Positions 40,346 to 53,778 are shown, numbered from the whole stretch's first letter. The stretch is 63,300 nt of DNA, filler included, from Rhabdomonas costata (GCA_019059605.1; 57 parts of 57 records of this genome joined end to end with filler, not necessarily neighbours in it); one strand, 5' to 3'. Made by a program: numbers and translations. The notes: generated by a model not told the origin, from the letters alone.

Positions 40346-40480
40346 GATCCTTCTGTGGTGCCTTCCGGAGTAGTGGACTGGCCCCCGCTGCTATTTCGCG
40401 AGCAGAAGCAGGTTGATCCCAAGCGTCGCCACTATTACAACCGGGTGTCCTACCTCCGACAGCGGTGCGGGATTCTGTAA
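40346..40480 (+). CDS. Probable terminal exon, unknown protein
   Basis: Long pyrimidine tract then TGCAG|DPSVVPSGVVDWPPLLFREQKQVDPKRRHYYNRVSYLRQRCGIL*. Confidence 0.5.
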   Translation, partial: DPSVVPSGVVDWPPLLFREQKQVDPKRRHYYNRVSYLRQRCGIL

Positions 40481-41155
40481 GACGGCGCCCATCGCGCGGC
40501 TAAGTGAAGACAGGGCTCCTTTTGGTCCTCTTGCACGCTGCACTTTGGGGCTCTTCGAGGCTCCTGGCGCCGATTCGGTTTACTGGAGGTGAATCAGGGT
40601 GCGGCCATTGAGCCCGCGCTCACACGGCCATACCCCCGCAGCATCACCAGAATCACCAGAACAATGTGGTGTCCTCATTGGACGCTGGAATTTCTTCTGG
40701 ACCTTCTTCTGGACTTGTGGGAGGCGCCTGGATGAACGCAGCGTTCCCACTTGTTGTCGCGGAGTGGCAGCGAACTTTCACGCTGTTCGCTCTCAAAGCC
40801 TGTGCTTTGTCTGGGATCGTTGACTAGGGGATACGACGTGGATCAAGTTAATCTCTTGGTGTTGCTCCGTTTGCTTCTCTTTGTGGGTTCTATTCTAATT
40901 GGGTCACAGGAGTGTTTTTTCGCTGTGAAAGGGGCACCGGAACTTTTGAGAACAATTAATCTATTAAACTTCAAAACACTTCACCTTATCAATCTTCTTT
41001 CAGGCTGTTTTAGGGGCTGAAAGTCTTTCTGGAGAGGTTCTTACTGGTGCAAAAANNNNNNNNNNNNNNNNNNNNNNNNNNNNNNNNNNNNNNNNNNNNT
41101 TAATTAATTAANNNNNNNNNNNNNNNNNNNNNNNNNNNNNNNNNNNNNNNNNNNN

Positions 41156-42165
41156 TCATTTTTCACTCGCGAAGCTGTGGAATGGACTTTGTGGAGCTAG
41201 TGCGGCAGCACCGTTCCATGTTCACCAAAGGGGTTGTCCATTCCTTCAGCGGCACCAAGGTTCTTTTTTGTTGTTCTGTTCTTGTTTCAAAGTTGTTTCA
41301 AAGTTTCTTTTTCTTGCCTTTGCCCCCTTTCCTTTTGAACTTTTGCCCACACTTTCTGTGGGCACCGCTGTTGTTGTCGTTTGCTCACCGTCTACCTGCG
41401 ATGTGAGGTGTCTTGAACTGCAGCACTGCATCGAGCATCTGCCAAGTTTTTCAGGAAAGAGAAATATGAATGATTTTACACAGTACAGAAATAATGCAGG
41501 AAACCCATTCTGAATCACAAAACCAACTCTTCAAACAGGAGATGTGATAATGTGTTTGTACTGGACAGAGATGTCCATGGAAGGTGTCCATGGAGGTGTG
41601 TCTGTATGTCTGAGTGGGTGGGTGTAGGTGTCTGAGAAAGTTGTGTTCAGCGTATATAATGGAGGATGTGGGCATGCGGGCACTATAAGAGGGACTGAAG
41701 AACGGGTTGCGAACCTGCGTGAAAGTTTCAGATCCGAATACGCCGACCATGGCTGTCCCTTTGTTGTGCTACGCTTAGCGGTCACGGTCATTTCTCTGTC
41801 CCAGGAAGAGCTCGAGAAGATTCTCGAGCTTGGGCTATACGTGGGGGTCTCCGGAGCCTCTGTCCGGACGGAGGCCCAGTTGGAGCTTCTGCGGCAGATC
41901 CCGCTAGATCGCCTCATGGTGGGCTCCGATGCGCCCTGGTTTGTGTCCTTAATTGGGGGAAATGGAGTGACTTTGCTCCTCAGCATACCCTACCATACCC
42001 AATGTGTGAAAGCTCCTCACTCCCGTTCTACATTTCATCAATGATTTTTCTGGGCTTCAGGCTGCCCGTTCCTCTCTTCTTGTCCTTCCGGTTCCTGCTG
42101 CTGCTTTTCAGGTGTGACATTCGTCCAGAGCACTTCGGGCACCGGTTTGTCCGCACCCAACCCCC
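41156..42165 (+). CDS. tatD: TatD-family nuclease; exons 41156-41259, 41805-41938 and 42112-~42165
   Basis: IFHSR...GVVHSFSGTK|EELEKILELGLYVGVSG...IPLDRLMVGSDAPW|CDIRP; two GT-AG introns join in frame. Confidence 0.9.
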
Positions 42166-42961
42166 AANNNNNNNNNNNNNNNNNNNNNNNNNNNNNNNNN
42201 NNNNNNNNNNNTTAATTAATTAANNNNNNNNNNNNNNNNNNNNNNNNNNNNNNNNNNNNNNNNNNNNAAACCCCCGTTGCGGCATTGACTTGATTCCCGT
42301 TGTGGGCTGATGCTGCTTTGAGGCCGAAAGAAACCTTGAGAAAACAGAGTGGGTGAGAGCAAGAATATTTACATTTGGGGTTGCAAAGGTGGCGAAGAGT
42401 CACAAAAAATCACAAAAAGGCACAGCCACAACAGATGTGTTTCAACGAGATAAGGCCCGATCCCAAAAACCAGTATGGAGTCACAGACGCCTGGGCAGAA
42501 AGGGAGCAGGGGTGGTACCTGGTAGAAAAAGGAGCTGAGCGACGAAGGGTCCGAGACCCGTGGGATAGAAGGGAGGTCACTGCATCTGGAGCGTACTGCG
42601 ATGAGCCGGCACTCCTCGGCACCGTACGGCCTCCAAGGTAACACCCGCGTCGATAGCGTTTCCAAGCTAATGTTGCAGCAGCTTTGCGCCCAACGTTAAA
42701 CCACACCCATACCCACACCCACACCCGCACCACACCAACAGCAACGACACAAACCCACACACGATGACGTGATCCATGTCTTTGACTTCGTTCCAAAGGA
42801 AGGAAGGAAGGAAGGAAAGGGATCATTTTGAGCAATAGCAGCGATATTCACAGGTGTGCATCTTGCAGTGTGCGACGCGCAAATGCGAAATAGGTGATGA
42901 CCCTGTTTCTATTGTTGGCCCCATACACACACGCACATGCACACTCACTCTAACCCATATC

Positions 42962-43001
42962 ACTCACTCACTCACTCACTCACTCACTCACTCACTCACT
43001 C
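42962..43001 (+). repeat. (ACTC)n microsatellite; other simple repeats at 2634-2654 (CTA), 19080-19106 (AGGCA), 24611-24632 (TG), 55426-55462 (CA)
   Basis: Direct inspection. Confidence 0.95.
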
Positions 43002-43555
43002 AATAATCCAAATATTTCCATGGTGACACTTTTAAGTTATGGTAATACTTTTATGATACCGTCTATGGGCTGAACCACTTGAACCACTTGGCACCCCGTT
43101 TGTGCTGGCATGCCCTCTGTTGTTGTTGGTTTCCATAATTTCTCTCCATCTCATCCTCTCTTTCATAACCCCCCACTTCAACCCCAGCCCCTGTGCATCC
43201 ATCCTCCCGTCACCCCGCACCTTTCACATCCAGCACCCGACCCATCCTCCGATTTCTGATCCGAAGGATCCCACCAACAANNNNNNNNNNNNNNNNNNNN
43301 NNNNNNNNNNNNNNNNNNNNNNNNTTAATTAATTAANNNNNNNNNNNNNNNNNNNNNNNNNNNNNNNNNNNNNNNNNNNNGTGGTTTGTGCAGTGTGTTT
43401 GCGCCTGTGGTTTGTGGTTCCTGCGGTTTGTCTCTTCCTGTTTGTTCCCGTTGATGGGCGTCAAGCGGAAGTGAATCTAAAGATTCATTCGTTCATTAGC
43501 TTTCTCAACTGGGCGTCGGCGGGGGGCGCGCAGAGGTGCGGCGAAAAGCAGCTAC

Positions 43556-43659
43556 CTTCACTTCGACGCGGATCACCTTGCCCTCTCGCCCAGAACCCCG
43601 CTCGATCATCAGCTTCACCATGGAGCCGATCTCGGCCTGGGATGCGAGCTGGCCAAATT
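43556..43659 (-). CDS. Probable exon, possibly the C-terminal part of a PDZ domain
   Basis: cag|EFGQLASQAEIGSMVKLMIERGSGREGKVIRVEVK|gt (GxxVxLxIxR pattern); an alternative frame is also open. Confidence 0.4.
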
Positions 43660-44492
43660 CTGTGCACGGAAGAGCGCATTAAAAGACTCACGACAAAGAC
43701 CAAAGGGATTACCAAAAACCTCCAGTCCTCCCGCTCCCCCACCCCCAATGAAGATTGTTCAAATTCCAAAGCAGTGGGCACTTGACGTCACTTGACATTG
43801 CCTTGTACCCAACCATTCGCTCAAAGTCCAAGGAGGTTTCTCTCAGTGATTTTTCTCGTTTCCGTCGTCTCTGCATATTTCTGAAGAGAAAACCAGAGAA
43901 AACGTTAGACAACAACTTTCAGGGTTGCTGCGAGAAGGCTGCTCGACGGGGGAAGTAAGCATAATGAGCATGAAGGTGGTCAAGCATCCCCTTCATTCAT
44001 CCCCTTGTGCAACGGTTTGCCAACGAAATATGCTCCGCGTCAGGCGTCAAAAGTGAGACTAGTCTACCAAACATTAAACGGCATGAAGAGGGCTAAGCCG
44101 AAGCAGGCCCTGGGGTCTTTTATATATACAACAGGCCTCCCAAAACGCTGCCTGGCCGGTCCTTGGGGTCAGAATTCTCTGACCTTTCACCCTCGGCTGG
44201 TTGTGGTGCCCTTGGGCGGCTCTCTGGTATCCCTTTTGTGCCGCTTCTTGCCCCACGCAGCGATCTACCAAACAATAAAATGCTGACAGAAAGCCCACGT
44301 GTGTACGTGTGTGCAAGAAGGATGGATTTTGTGCGGAAATCACGGTGCTGTTTCCTCCAGAGCTTCTGCTCGACTGTCCACCACACCCAACANNNNNNNN
44401 NNNNNNNNNNNNNNNNNNNNNNNNNNNNNNNNNNNNTTAATTAATTAANNNNNNNNNNNNNNNNNNNNNNNNNNNNNNNNNNNNNNNNNNNN

Positions 44493-45390
44493 GGGGCACA
44501 TTTACCGAGTCATCTTTATCTCCCGAAGTCAGAAACGCTGTGCTTCCAGAAAACGGGGTATATCCGTAACGTATAGCATCTAAATCCATAGAAGAGCCAC
44601 CCGCTGCGACAGTCCTGTGTAGCTGAGCTTCCGGAACTGCTACTATAACTTGGGGCGGGGGTCTTGGTTTCCGAAAATACTCCCACGCTAATTCCATGGC
44701 CTCGTGCAGCGTCCGCGGGTGCTTGGACATCACTTTAGCTTGTATATCTCCTTCCAAGCCTCGAACGAACAAATACTGCTGCAACGGCTCGTTGTCAAAC
44801 ATCGTGCCCTTTAGCAGGTTGATTCCCGTCACAAACTGCCGGTGGTAGAACTGGAAATTCCCGTCCGTCATCTTTAGCTGTTCCATTCTCCACACGACGT
44901 TGTAATCCCAAGTCTGAGGACACAGCCTTTTCTTTAGCGTTTCCACAAAACCTTTCCAGTCCACAAAGGTCTGACCTGGCGCCACTATACCTCTTGCGAA
45001 GGAGCCAAGTGCTCCCGTGGCGTAAACTATAGCAACTTGATCTGGCAACCTCCGGACATCTTTTAGCTCTTCGACACTAATCAACCAAGGCAAGAAATTG
45101 GCTGCGTTCCCGTCGTATTTCGGGAACTCCGGGTCTTTTTCTTGAAGCTTCCGCAACACACCTCCAATTGGGTCTGTCTGTCCGGCTGCCGCCGCTGGTG
45201 CTGGTGCAGAGGAACTGCTCGGCAATCCTGCAGTCACCCTCTGCAGTAACTCTTGCGTCAGCTGATGATTCGCACGCTGCTGTTGCTCCATCTGCTGGAA
45301 GAAGGAAACCATCTGTGCTAAAAACTTGGCCTCCAATGGCTGAGCAGCTGCTGGTTTAGCTGGCGGTGGTGGAGGTGGTTCGCCTGACAT
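44493..45390 (-). mobile_element. gag: Ty3/gypsy LTR-retrotransposon Gag ORF, intact as far as visible
   Basis: Intron-free ORF of about 300 aa: PKYDGN...WL, WKGFVETLKKRL, LKM...F, FVRGLxxDIQ, PRTLHEAM, MDLDAI retrotransposon capsid signatures. Confidence 0.88.
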
Positions 45391-46734
45391 CTTTAACCGA
45401 AAAGGAATCACAAGTCCAATATATCTCGATCAACCAAAAAGAAGTTTTGGACTTGTGATTCCTTTTCGGTTAAAGATGTCAGGCGAACCACCTCCACACC
45501 CCCACNNNNNNNNNNNNNNNNNNNNNNNNNNNNNNNNNNNNNNNNNNNNTTAATTAATTAANNNNNNNNNNNNNNNNNNNNNNNNNNNNNNNNNNNNNNN
45601 NNNNNTTTTGTGGTGTGGACGGGCTGGCAGTAGAGCGTGCGCCTCCAGGCCTGGATGGGGTTTCCGTTAAGGAGGTGTGGTGGGCCGAGAGCCAGAGTGA
45701 AAAAGCGAGCAGTTGGCTTGCTGGTATATAACGCGGAGATTTTGGCGCCCAATAAGACTCTCAAAAATAGCCAGTCCGAGGTGGTTAAACCTTCGTTTGA
45801 AGGACTGTTATTCGGGGGTGGTCAAACCTTCCTTACAAGGAAGAATGACATGATTCAGGTGGTGGCGAGGTGGGGAGAAGAGGAGTACAGGAACCCCCCC
45901 CCTCCGTTTCTCCCACTCAGTTTCGTGGTGCTGTTTCATGCACTACCACTCCGATTGTTCCTCTGCTTTCCCTCCCCTCCATTATTCCCACTGTTCCCTT
46001 CTCCACTGTTCTTCGGCGCTGTGCCCCGTCCAAACCTTGTCTCGCTGACGCGTTGTCGTAGTAGCATCCGGGTGTACAGAAAAGAGGGGAGAAAAGAGGG
46101 GAAGGTGATGGAAGGGAGAGAGAAACCTGCCTTTACCAATTACCACAAGGCGATGGGGTCCGAGTGGAAACCTCTGGTTTTGGTATCGAGAAGTGGTGCG
46201 GTGCTTTTGTATGGGGGGGCAGGTGTTTGCCAATGGGCCCGCCGAGCGTGCTAAGTTGCACAAAGGAGACCGAATTATCGGGATTGATGGTTGTTCCCTC
46301 CCCCCTTTTCTATTTCGCCTTTTTCGGGGTTGAAGCACTCCTTGTGCAACACCATATCTTCATCAGAATATACCAATCAAAAAGGGACCTCTTCAATGAA
46401 GTCACAAACCCGCAATTGCAGCAGCCTGTCTGCAGCTCATCTCTTTTTTTACCAATCCACTCACGAGTCAGACCGGAACCACAATTGCCTTCGCCCTGTG
46501 TTTCACGTCACCGCTCTCACACCTAACGGTTGCTTGGATCCGAATCCCGGGTATGCTTGGCATCGCAACCCCATCCACTCCCCATTCACTTCACAGCACC
46601 ACACCACAACACCTTCANNNNNNNNNNNNNNNNNNNNNNNNNNNNNNNNNNNNNNNNNNNNTTAATTAATTAANNNNNNNNNNNNNNNNNNNNNNNNNNN
46701 NNNNNNNNNNNNNNNNNGTGTGGTGGGGGCATGC

Positions 46735-47330
46735 CTCGGGGACGGTATCGGCGATGTGCTCGCGGTGTTTCACGATCTCCTCGTACTTGGGGATGCTGTA
46801 GCCGTGGTAGTACGTGAACTCTGGAGCCAGGATTTTCGGGGCCACGATGACATCAGTGAGGGTCTGGAGGAGGATGCGGTCCTTGTCGTCCGTGACGCGG
46901 CCACCGTACTGGATCTCGCTGATCATGTACTTGATCGTGTCGTAGTTCACGGGCTGCCCCTGGGGTAGAGAATAAGGGGAGTATGAGTATGGTGCGTGCA
47001 AGTGGGTAATGAAGGGATAACTCAACTTTTTCCTCGTTGTCCAATCGGCCAACAATGTGCAGCCAATTTTGCCTGTACACTTGGATAATCCCCCCTGTGT
47101 GAACTGGTGACTCGTCTCTTTGGCGTCTCGTTTCAAGTCCACGTGCGCTAGGGCTCGCTAAACTGGAACACTTCGTGCGTTCTGGTTATTTGTATGCATG
47201 AGTGTACGTGCATGTGTGTGTGTGGATGTGGGCAGACCTTCTTGGGGTCATCCCCGATCGTGGTGAGATGGTTCTGCACGAACTGCACGCTGGAGCTCCA
47301 GTCACCGAAGTTGTACTCGTACGGGATGCA
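46735..47330 (-). CDS. Axonemal dynein heavy chain, AAA6 lid / C-terminal region; exons 47330-47238 and 46959-46735
   Basis: CIPYEYNFGDWSSSVQFVQNHL...KK|GQPVNYDTIKYMISEIQYGGRVTDDKDRILL. Confidence 0.95.
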
Positions 47331-49158
47331 CTGTGAATGTGAGGAGGCAGCAAGCTAGCAGCAAATGAAGTCCTCCAGCCTTATTATTAGTCACACCTAA
47401 GACGTCAAGACAATGGCGGACTCGATCTCGTTCTCGATCGTACATGATCCAAGACGATGGTCAGGAACCATTTATCCATAAAACGTCTCTGCTATCGAAC
47501 AATACCCAGTGCCTCCTTTCCTCCTGGCACAGCCATATGTAGCCAAAAGCTGTATCGGCCACTCGACGAAACCATTTAGGCATGGTGTCTGGCTCCATAA
47601 ACAGAAGACTCACCTCCAAATATCCGTGAGCACTGAGGCAAAGCAACTACACTCAAACCAAAAATTTGATCAAAAGATCACAACCCAGAATCCTATTGGA
47701 GTAGGGCACCCTAACCCTAACCCAACACANNNNNNNNNNNNNNNNNNNNNNNNNNNNNNNNNNNNNNNNNNNNTTAATTAATTAANNNNNNNNNNNNNNN
47801 NNNNNNNNNNNNNNNNNNNNNNNNNNNNNGTTGGAGCTACGTGTCAGGATCTTGGGGTTCATGGTGTCGTGTTTTTGCGTCTCAGGGTTTCGTGTTCTTG
47901 GGTTCTGTGGTGGTTTGTGTCAATGGTTCTACAGTGTATGTGTGTTTCAGTGTCTTAGGGTGTCTGTGGGGCTTTGTGTCAGGATGTTGGGGGTTGAGGT
48001 GTGAGGGGTTCGTGAGGCTACGGGTATCAGCATGACTATGAGTGAAGAATGCAGTAACTCAGCATGACTATGAGAGAAGAAACCCAGAGGCAAGAACCCT
48101 CATGCCTCAACCCTTCTTCGTTGCTCCCTACTACGGATGGATCGCTACGCACCCATCCTTCGTGTCTAAGCCTTCAACCTCTACCGGTATTCTCTTCTTC
48201 CGGCCTCGCCCGGTCGGACTGAGTCTCTGGGGGACCGGTGTCACTTAAGATTCATGAGTTGCATATGAAATTTGAAATTAGTTTTATCTTTCATGAGAAT
48301 TTTGAGTGTGGCCAGAAAGTGAATATGTTTGTGAAATAGCACTGAGGTTTTCCTTTGTGATGGTGTAGTGTTGCGTCTCCTCTTTCGCAGGTCGAATTGG
48401 TTCGAGGCCCCAGACGGCTCACCAAGCCTACACTCGAGCTTGTCGGCTGCCCCCGACCCGACCGCTCCTGCGCTCCACCCCCTTGAAAGTTCCCTTGCTT
48501 ATTCTCTGGGTACCGCGGCTGACGCCCCGCGGGACACCCGGAGCCCCGTTGACGCCCTGCTGGAGGAGTGCTTGGCCTCTTCGCATGGCTCCGTAGTAGC
48601 GCAAATCTAGAGGAAGCCCTAGATTTTTTTCTCTCTGTCTCCCTTCTCGCTCGCGCGCGGTGCCTTTCCAAATGGGAGCGCCAGTGTGTGGAGCGCAGCA
48701 CTCACAAGGAGCGGAAATGTTCTTTTGCTTGCTAGAAAACTTCAGCCTGGGGAACCGCGGGCTGGGCATCGTCCCGTGCCTTGCAGCTCCCGAAATGGCG
48801 TGTGTGATAATGAAAATGGCAGGCACCTGAGGCCCAACAAACNNNNNNNNNNNNNNNNNNNNNNNNNNNNNNNNNNNNNNNNNNNNTTAATTAATTAANN
48901 NNNNNNNNNNNNNNNNNNNNNNNNNNNNNNNNNNNNNNNNNNGGTTGGGTTTCAGCACTACACCCGGGACCATGACCAAGGAATGCATACAAGTATCTAA
49001 GGCTAGGCTGTTACCCAATGCCATGCTGAACTCCAAACCCAAGAACGAAAGAAAGCCCTGTTCCTGAAGAAAGAAGGCCTGATACCCATGCCCTTCGCGT
49101 TGCTACGGACATGGGGCTCGCATGCTCCTGTGCAGGACCCTTTTTGGCATGCGTACAG

Positions 49159-49884
49159 GTTTACGAGGTGCTCCAGCCAAACGATGAGGGCAAGCTCGAC
49201 ACCCTCAACGAGTTTTCCATGGCGATGAAGGTAGAACTTCCTCATCTTTACTTTAATGCATTTGTGTGGGTGCATGAGTTTTTCTCACGCTCTTCAGATG
49301 CATCCTTCAAATGAACTATTTATGAGAGTATCCACCGGAGTGCGCATACACAATGGTTAGTAATTGGCGTCATGTCTTCATTGGCATCTGTGTGATCTGC
49401 GCTGGTCATGTGTCCGTCTCAGTGAAATTTCGTTATCCTTCAGACAGCTGAAAGGTCCATTCCAAAACAGCAGTCACAGATCGACGAGGTCTCCTCCGTT
49501 GGAAGTCCGCGGGAGAAAACACCGAAACCAGCACAACGCAGAGTCAGAGTTGGGCTCCTTTTTTTTTTTTTTGCAATTTTAAGAATTGTAATAAAAATGG
49601 ACTTGGCCGTTTTGTAAGAGAAACGGCACAAAAAAAGGCGTCGAGTTGCAAACAAAAAACTATTGAGAAGATACTGGGTTAATGTAAAAACCTGAGCGCC
49701 TCTGCTCGCTCTTTGGGTGGTTGGCGGTTGTTTTCTACAGCACCACCAAAGCGGAGAGTATGACAAGGCGGTGGCCCTGTATCAGGCTGTGCTGCAGAAG
49801 GATCCTAAGGACGTTGTGGCGGCGCGGCGTCTCGCGCTGGCAGAGGCCCACGAGTGGGTGGACATGGCCGCCGGTCACCAGTGA
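49159..49884 (+). CDS. C-terminus of a bacterial-type class III cyclase with a TPR-like helical tail; exons 49159-49230 and 49741-49884
   Basis: VYEVL...FSMAMK|HHQSGEYDKAVALYQAVLQKDPKDVVAARRL...*; resembles the tail following the VKGK motif in CyaA-like cyclases. Confidence 0.6.
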
Positions 49885-52339
49885 TTGCCTCCCGCGCATG
49901 CGGGCTCCCTGGTTGACCCACTGTACCCCACCCCTCAACATCCCTTTCCATACANNNNNNNNNNNNNNNNNNNNNNNNNNNNNNNNNNNNNNNNNNNNTT
50001 AATTAATTAANNNNNNNNNNNNNNNNNNNNNNNNNNNNNNNNNNNNNNNNNNNNTTCCGAGGCTTCCTGAGGGCTGCACGGTTGTTTTCCGGGGCTCCTT
50101 GAAGACATTTGAGTATCCGACGCTTCGGGCAGTTCGGGAGTACGCCCAGCAGCATTCCGAGGACTTGATTCTCTATCTGCATAACAAGGGTCTGCTTTTT
50201 TTACGTCTTTCGATTGCCTTGTTTTCGTTCTGTTGCGTGTGAAGGTTTTCCTGAGGTTCTGTTCTCTCTGATTTTTTTCCTTTTCTCTCACACGGTGAAT
50301 GGCTGTTCTATTCTTCTTTTCTTCTGTAAGGCTGTAGTGGCATGTGGGCTTTGGTCCTTATCTCTGTGCATATCCATCCTTTTTGATTGTGTGTGTATTT
50401 CCAGCACTACTTATCAGCATCAATCACTATCTCCTGCAATTAGGATCTCAGCCATAATTTATCGGTTTCTATATGGGCTTGTTTAAGGTGCTTTGCCGTA
50501 GGTGTGGTCGCAAGGGCATTACTTGTGTTACGCTGTGTCAGCAATTGGCACCGTACAACCAGCGATCGCCGGCTGTATTCGAGTTTGGTGATTTGGTACC
50601 TGCTCTGGAGAGTGGGGAGGTTAGGTATAATGCGGTCAGGTGAAATTCATTGAGTAAAATTATACCCCACGGACTCTGAGATGTGTGCGGTTTGGACGTG
50701 CTGAACCGCGTGCAGTTTTCAGCGTCTGACCTTGCGGTTCCCTCCTTTTGTCCTTTTTGCTTGAGTTGGTGCGGGTATCGGTGAACTGGGTGGAAAGAAG
50801 GTAGTGATCAGTGTTGCTCAGTTTGTTGCACATAATGGGCATCCGCTGCCCTGCCTTGGACGTTGTACTTCAGTGAACGACTTTTCAAGACCATGGCCGT
50901 AGCGGTCGCCGCCTCAGCTCTGGCTTCAGTATTCAAATACAACAACCGGCACACCCCACTCAACGAAAGAGGTAAGTGTGCCGTGTAAGACCCAAGCATG
51001 TTTGTAGGATATTATTGGCCGCGGAGCGCCCCGGCAGCACGTATCCCGCCACGACTACCACCACCCNNNNNNNNNNNNNNNNNNNNNNNNNNNNNNNNNN
51101 NNNNNNNNNNTTAATTAATTAANNNNNNNNNNNNNNNNNNNNNNNNNNNNNNNNNNNNNNNNNNNNGTTGGGTTGTGTTTGTTTTATGAGTATGTGACTT
51201 TCGACCGCTGGCCATACCACCTATCTTTTTCTCCTGCTGCGCTCCTTTCCCTCATTCTGCGAACAATTGCATGACGAGTGCATTTCTTTTGGTTGTGGGT
51301 TTCAGTGCAAACCCTTGAACCAGCTTCATTGAATGAAAGTATGTGTGGTGGTGAGGCAGTGAGAGCAACAATGAGACCCTGGAATTTTCTCCGTGCTCTT
51401 GTTATTTCTGCTAGTGCTGCAATTTTCTCTTCCTGGGGGGTCGGTTGGTTTGGGTGTGGGGGGTCGGTTGGTTTGCTTCTGGCAACGCATTGCGTGGGTG
51501 TGTATTACAGCGTTTTCCGAACCTACTCACTGTTTTCCACCAACCAGCGAATAGTCCACTTTGATATACATGGACCTCCTTGGTCACAGAGCACACTACG
51601 TAAACAGCGGTCGCCAGCAAGGCTACAGTCATGGGCCGTTTCTCTCTTGCGCCTTCGATTTATATCCGTTGTCTTCTGCCCGCGCCGTTCATTGTCCCAT
51701 TTTCCCCTGCCGCGGATGCAATTGGGTTCTCCCCTTCCCAACGGACAAGCTGGCAGTTCGTATGCAAATCGGGGTGAGCGCTGAAACCACGGCTAGATCG
51801 GACCTGGAGGGTGAGGAAAGGGTCAGGAGGATATTGGTCTGCCTTGGGCGCTCTCAGATATAATTTTGTCGTAGTATCGTATCCGGTTCCAGGGGAGATC
51901 GCTCAACTGGTTCAGGCGGGTGTAAGAGTTAGTCGTTTCACGCTTTGACCGAGAACCCTCCCCCCCTAAAAATGGAGTCCAAAAATCTTGGAAGATGATG
52001 ACGTTTCTTTAATTAAGGCACGTGACACCGCTTGGCCATGCATCTTACGACCTTAGGACGAACCTTAGAACCCCACGAAGACGACGAAGACGATAGTTTT
52101 TGTGCAGCGTATATCGTCTCCGGGCTGGAATGCGTCTTCTTACCAATCCATACACAATTCGCAACAAGAACAAAACACNNNNNNNNNNNNNNNNNNNNNN
52201 NNNNNNNNNNNNNNNNNNNNNNTTAATTAATTAANNNNNNNNNNNNNNNNNNNNNNNNNNNNNNNNNNNNNNNNNNNNTGTGTTTTGTGTAAAGTAGTAC
52301 CTGTGCCTGTTTGTGTGTGTGCGTGTGTATGTCTGTATA

Positions 52340-52450
52340 TTGTGTGTGTGCGTGTTGTGTGTGTGTTGGGTGCATAGCGCGCTGGCTGTTGCCTGATCGA
52401 CTGTTGGGGACCACGGTGGACGGACGGACGGGCGTACGCGCTGTTGGCCA
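52340..52450 (-). repeat. Dispersed ~110-bp repeat with a (CA)n tail; second copy at 55334-55462 (+)
   Basis: Shared TGGCCAACAGC, GTCCACnGTGGTCnCCAACA and ATCAGGCAACAGCCAGCGCGCnATGCnCCCAACACAC blocks. Confidence 0.85.
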
Positions 52451-53778
52451 TACGGACGCTCCCGAGAGGTGCCGTTGGATCGAAGGACGACTCACCACCG
52501 AACGGTCCACTTATGGTCACCTTCCTTCTGCCCCAAGAATCCCGCCCTTTCGTCACGTAGCTAATTTTTTCCCTCACTGCTCCACTGCTAATGGGGAGCT
52601 GAAGTATTTCTGTCTTCTTTTGATGCTGTGTCTTCTGTGCTGATGAGCTGCGGATGTGCCTTGAAGAAGGCTGGCCAATTTTTGCTCGTTAATGGACAAA
52701 CTGCACATTCCCGAGCCCTCTGTCACTGTGCAGTGATACTACCTCAGTAACTTCGCCCCGTCTCTGGAGTCTGCCCCGCGGGGTCCCTGGCTCGCGCGCA
52801 GCGTATCCCGCTGATATGTTGGGCTAGCCTGCTGCCACCTCCACTGTCACTTGGGCCTCCTTTCTGTGCTGCCTTGTCCGGGAGATGTCACGCAGTGCGT
52901 GAGTGCCTCTGTGATCGTTGGTCTGTATAGAAGGTTTCCGGGACCGAGATCGAGGTCGAGAATCGCACAAGGTCTGATCAGGGATGTCTCCAACTCCACT
53001 TCCCTTTCCGCTCCGGTCGCCGCGGACCCAATCTCCGCCTTCAAACAAGCATCTGTCCAATTTTTAATCCACTCATTTTATAATTCTTCTTCATTCTTAA
53101 TTCACTCATTCCATCGTCCTGACGAAAACTCAGGCGAGAAAAGACTTCACATTTCTCAGTTCACTGCAATGACATCCTGCATAGCAACGTTATCCTGAGG
53201 GTATGCCCCCCTCCCCGTCCCCATAGACCACAGACGTTATAGTGTCCACCGCGCGAGCATCAGATCGCTAACCCCTTCCTCCACAACAACNNNNNNNNNN
53301 NNNNNNNNNNNNNNNNNNNNNNNNNNNNNNNNNNTTAATTAATTAANNNNNNNNNNNNNNNNNNNNNNNNNNNNNNNNNNNNNNNNNNNNGTGGTGGGTG
53401 TGTTTGGTGGTTTGTTTCACTGGTGTTGAACAACGCCTAACAATAGTGAGGTGCAGAGGCACCCTCATTTCGATTCAAAATACGGTAGATCACCCCCCCC
53501 CGAAGGTTTAGGAGAACAGCTGCAGGGTCCACAATGGCACATCCAAACGAGCATCACAACATCAGTGCCGACGCACCATAATATTACCTTCCCCCGAACA
53601 CAAGAGCACGACAAAGCAAAAAGTCTATAGCGTACACAGGGGTCCCATACAAGTCCGCTGCACTGCTTAAAAAAGGTCATTTCCTAGTCACAAACAAATT
53701 CTACGCCAGGTCTTACAAAAGAAACACATGCCTACGAAGAGCTTGCGCATCTGCATACGCAAAGCCATATGGCTACAC

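Noticed and set aside
48081-48244. Possible LTR edge (GGGGGACCGGTGTCAC) and a 13-mer shared with ~5110
   Set aside because: No second LTR copy, primer-binding site or target-site duplication is visible; the match is too short
36766-49884. Alternative genetic code or stop-codon readthrough
   Set aside because: Conserved exons contain no in-frame stops once introns are removed; TGA and TAA appear as normal terminators
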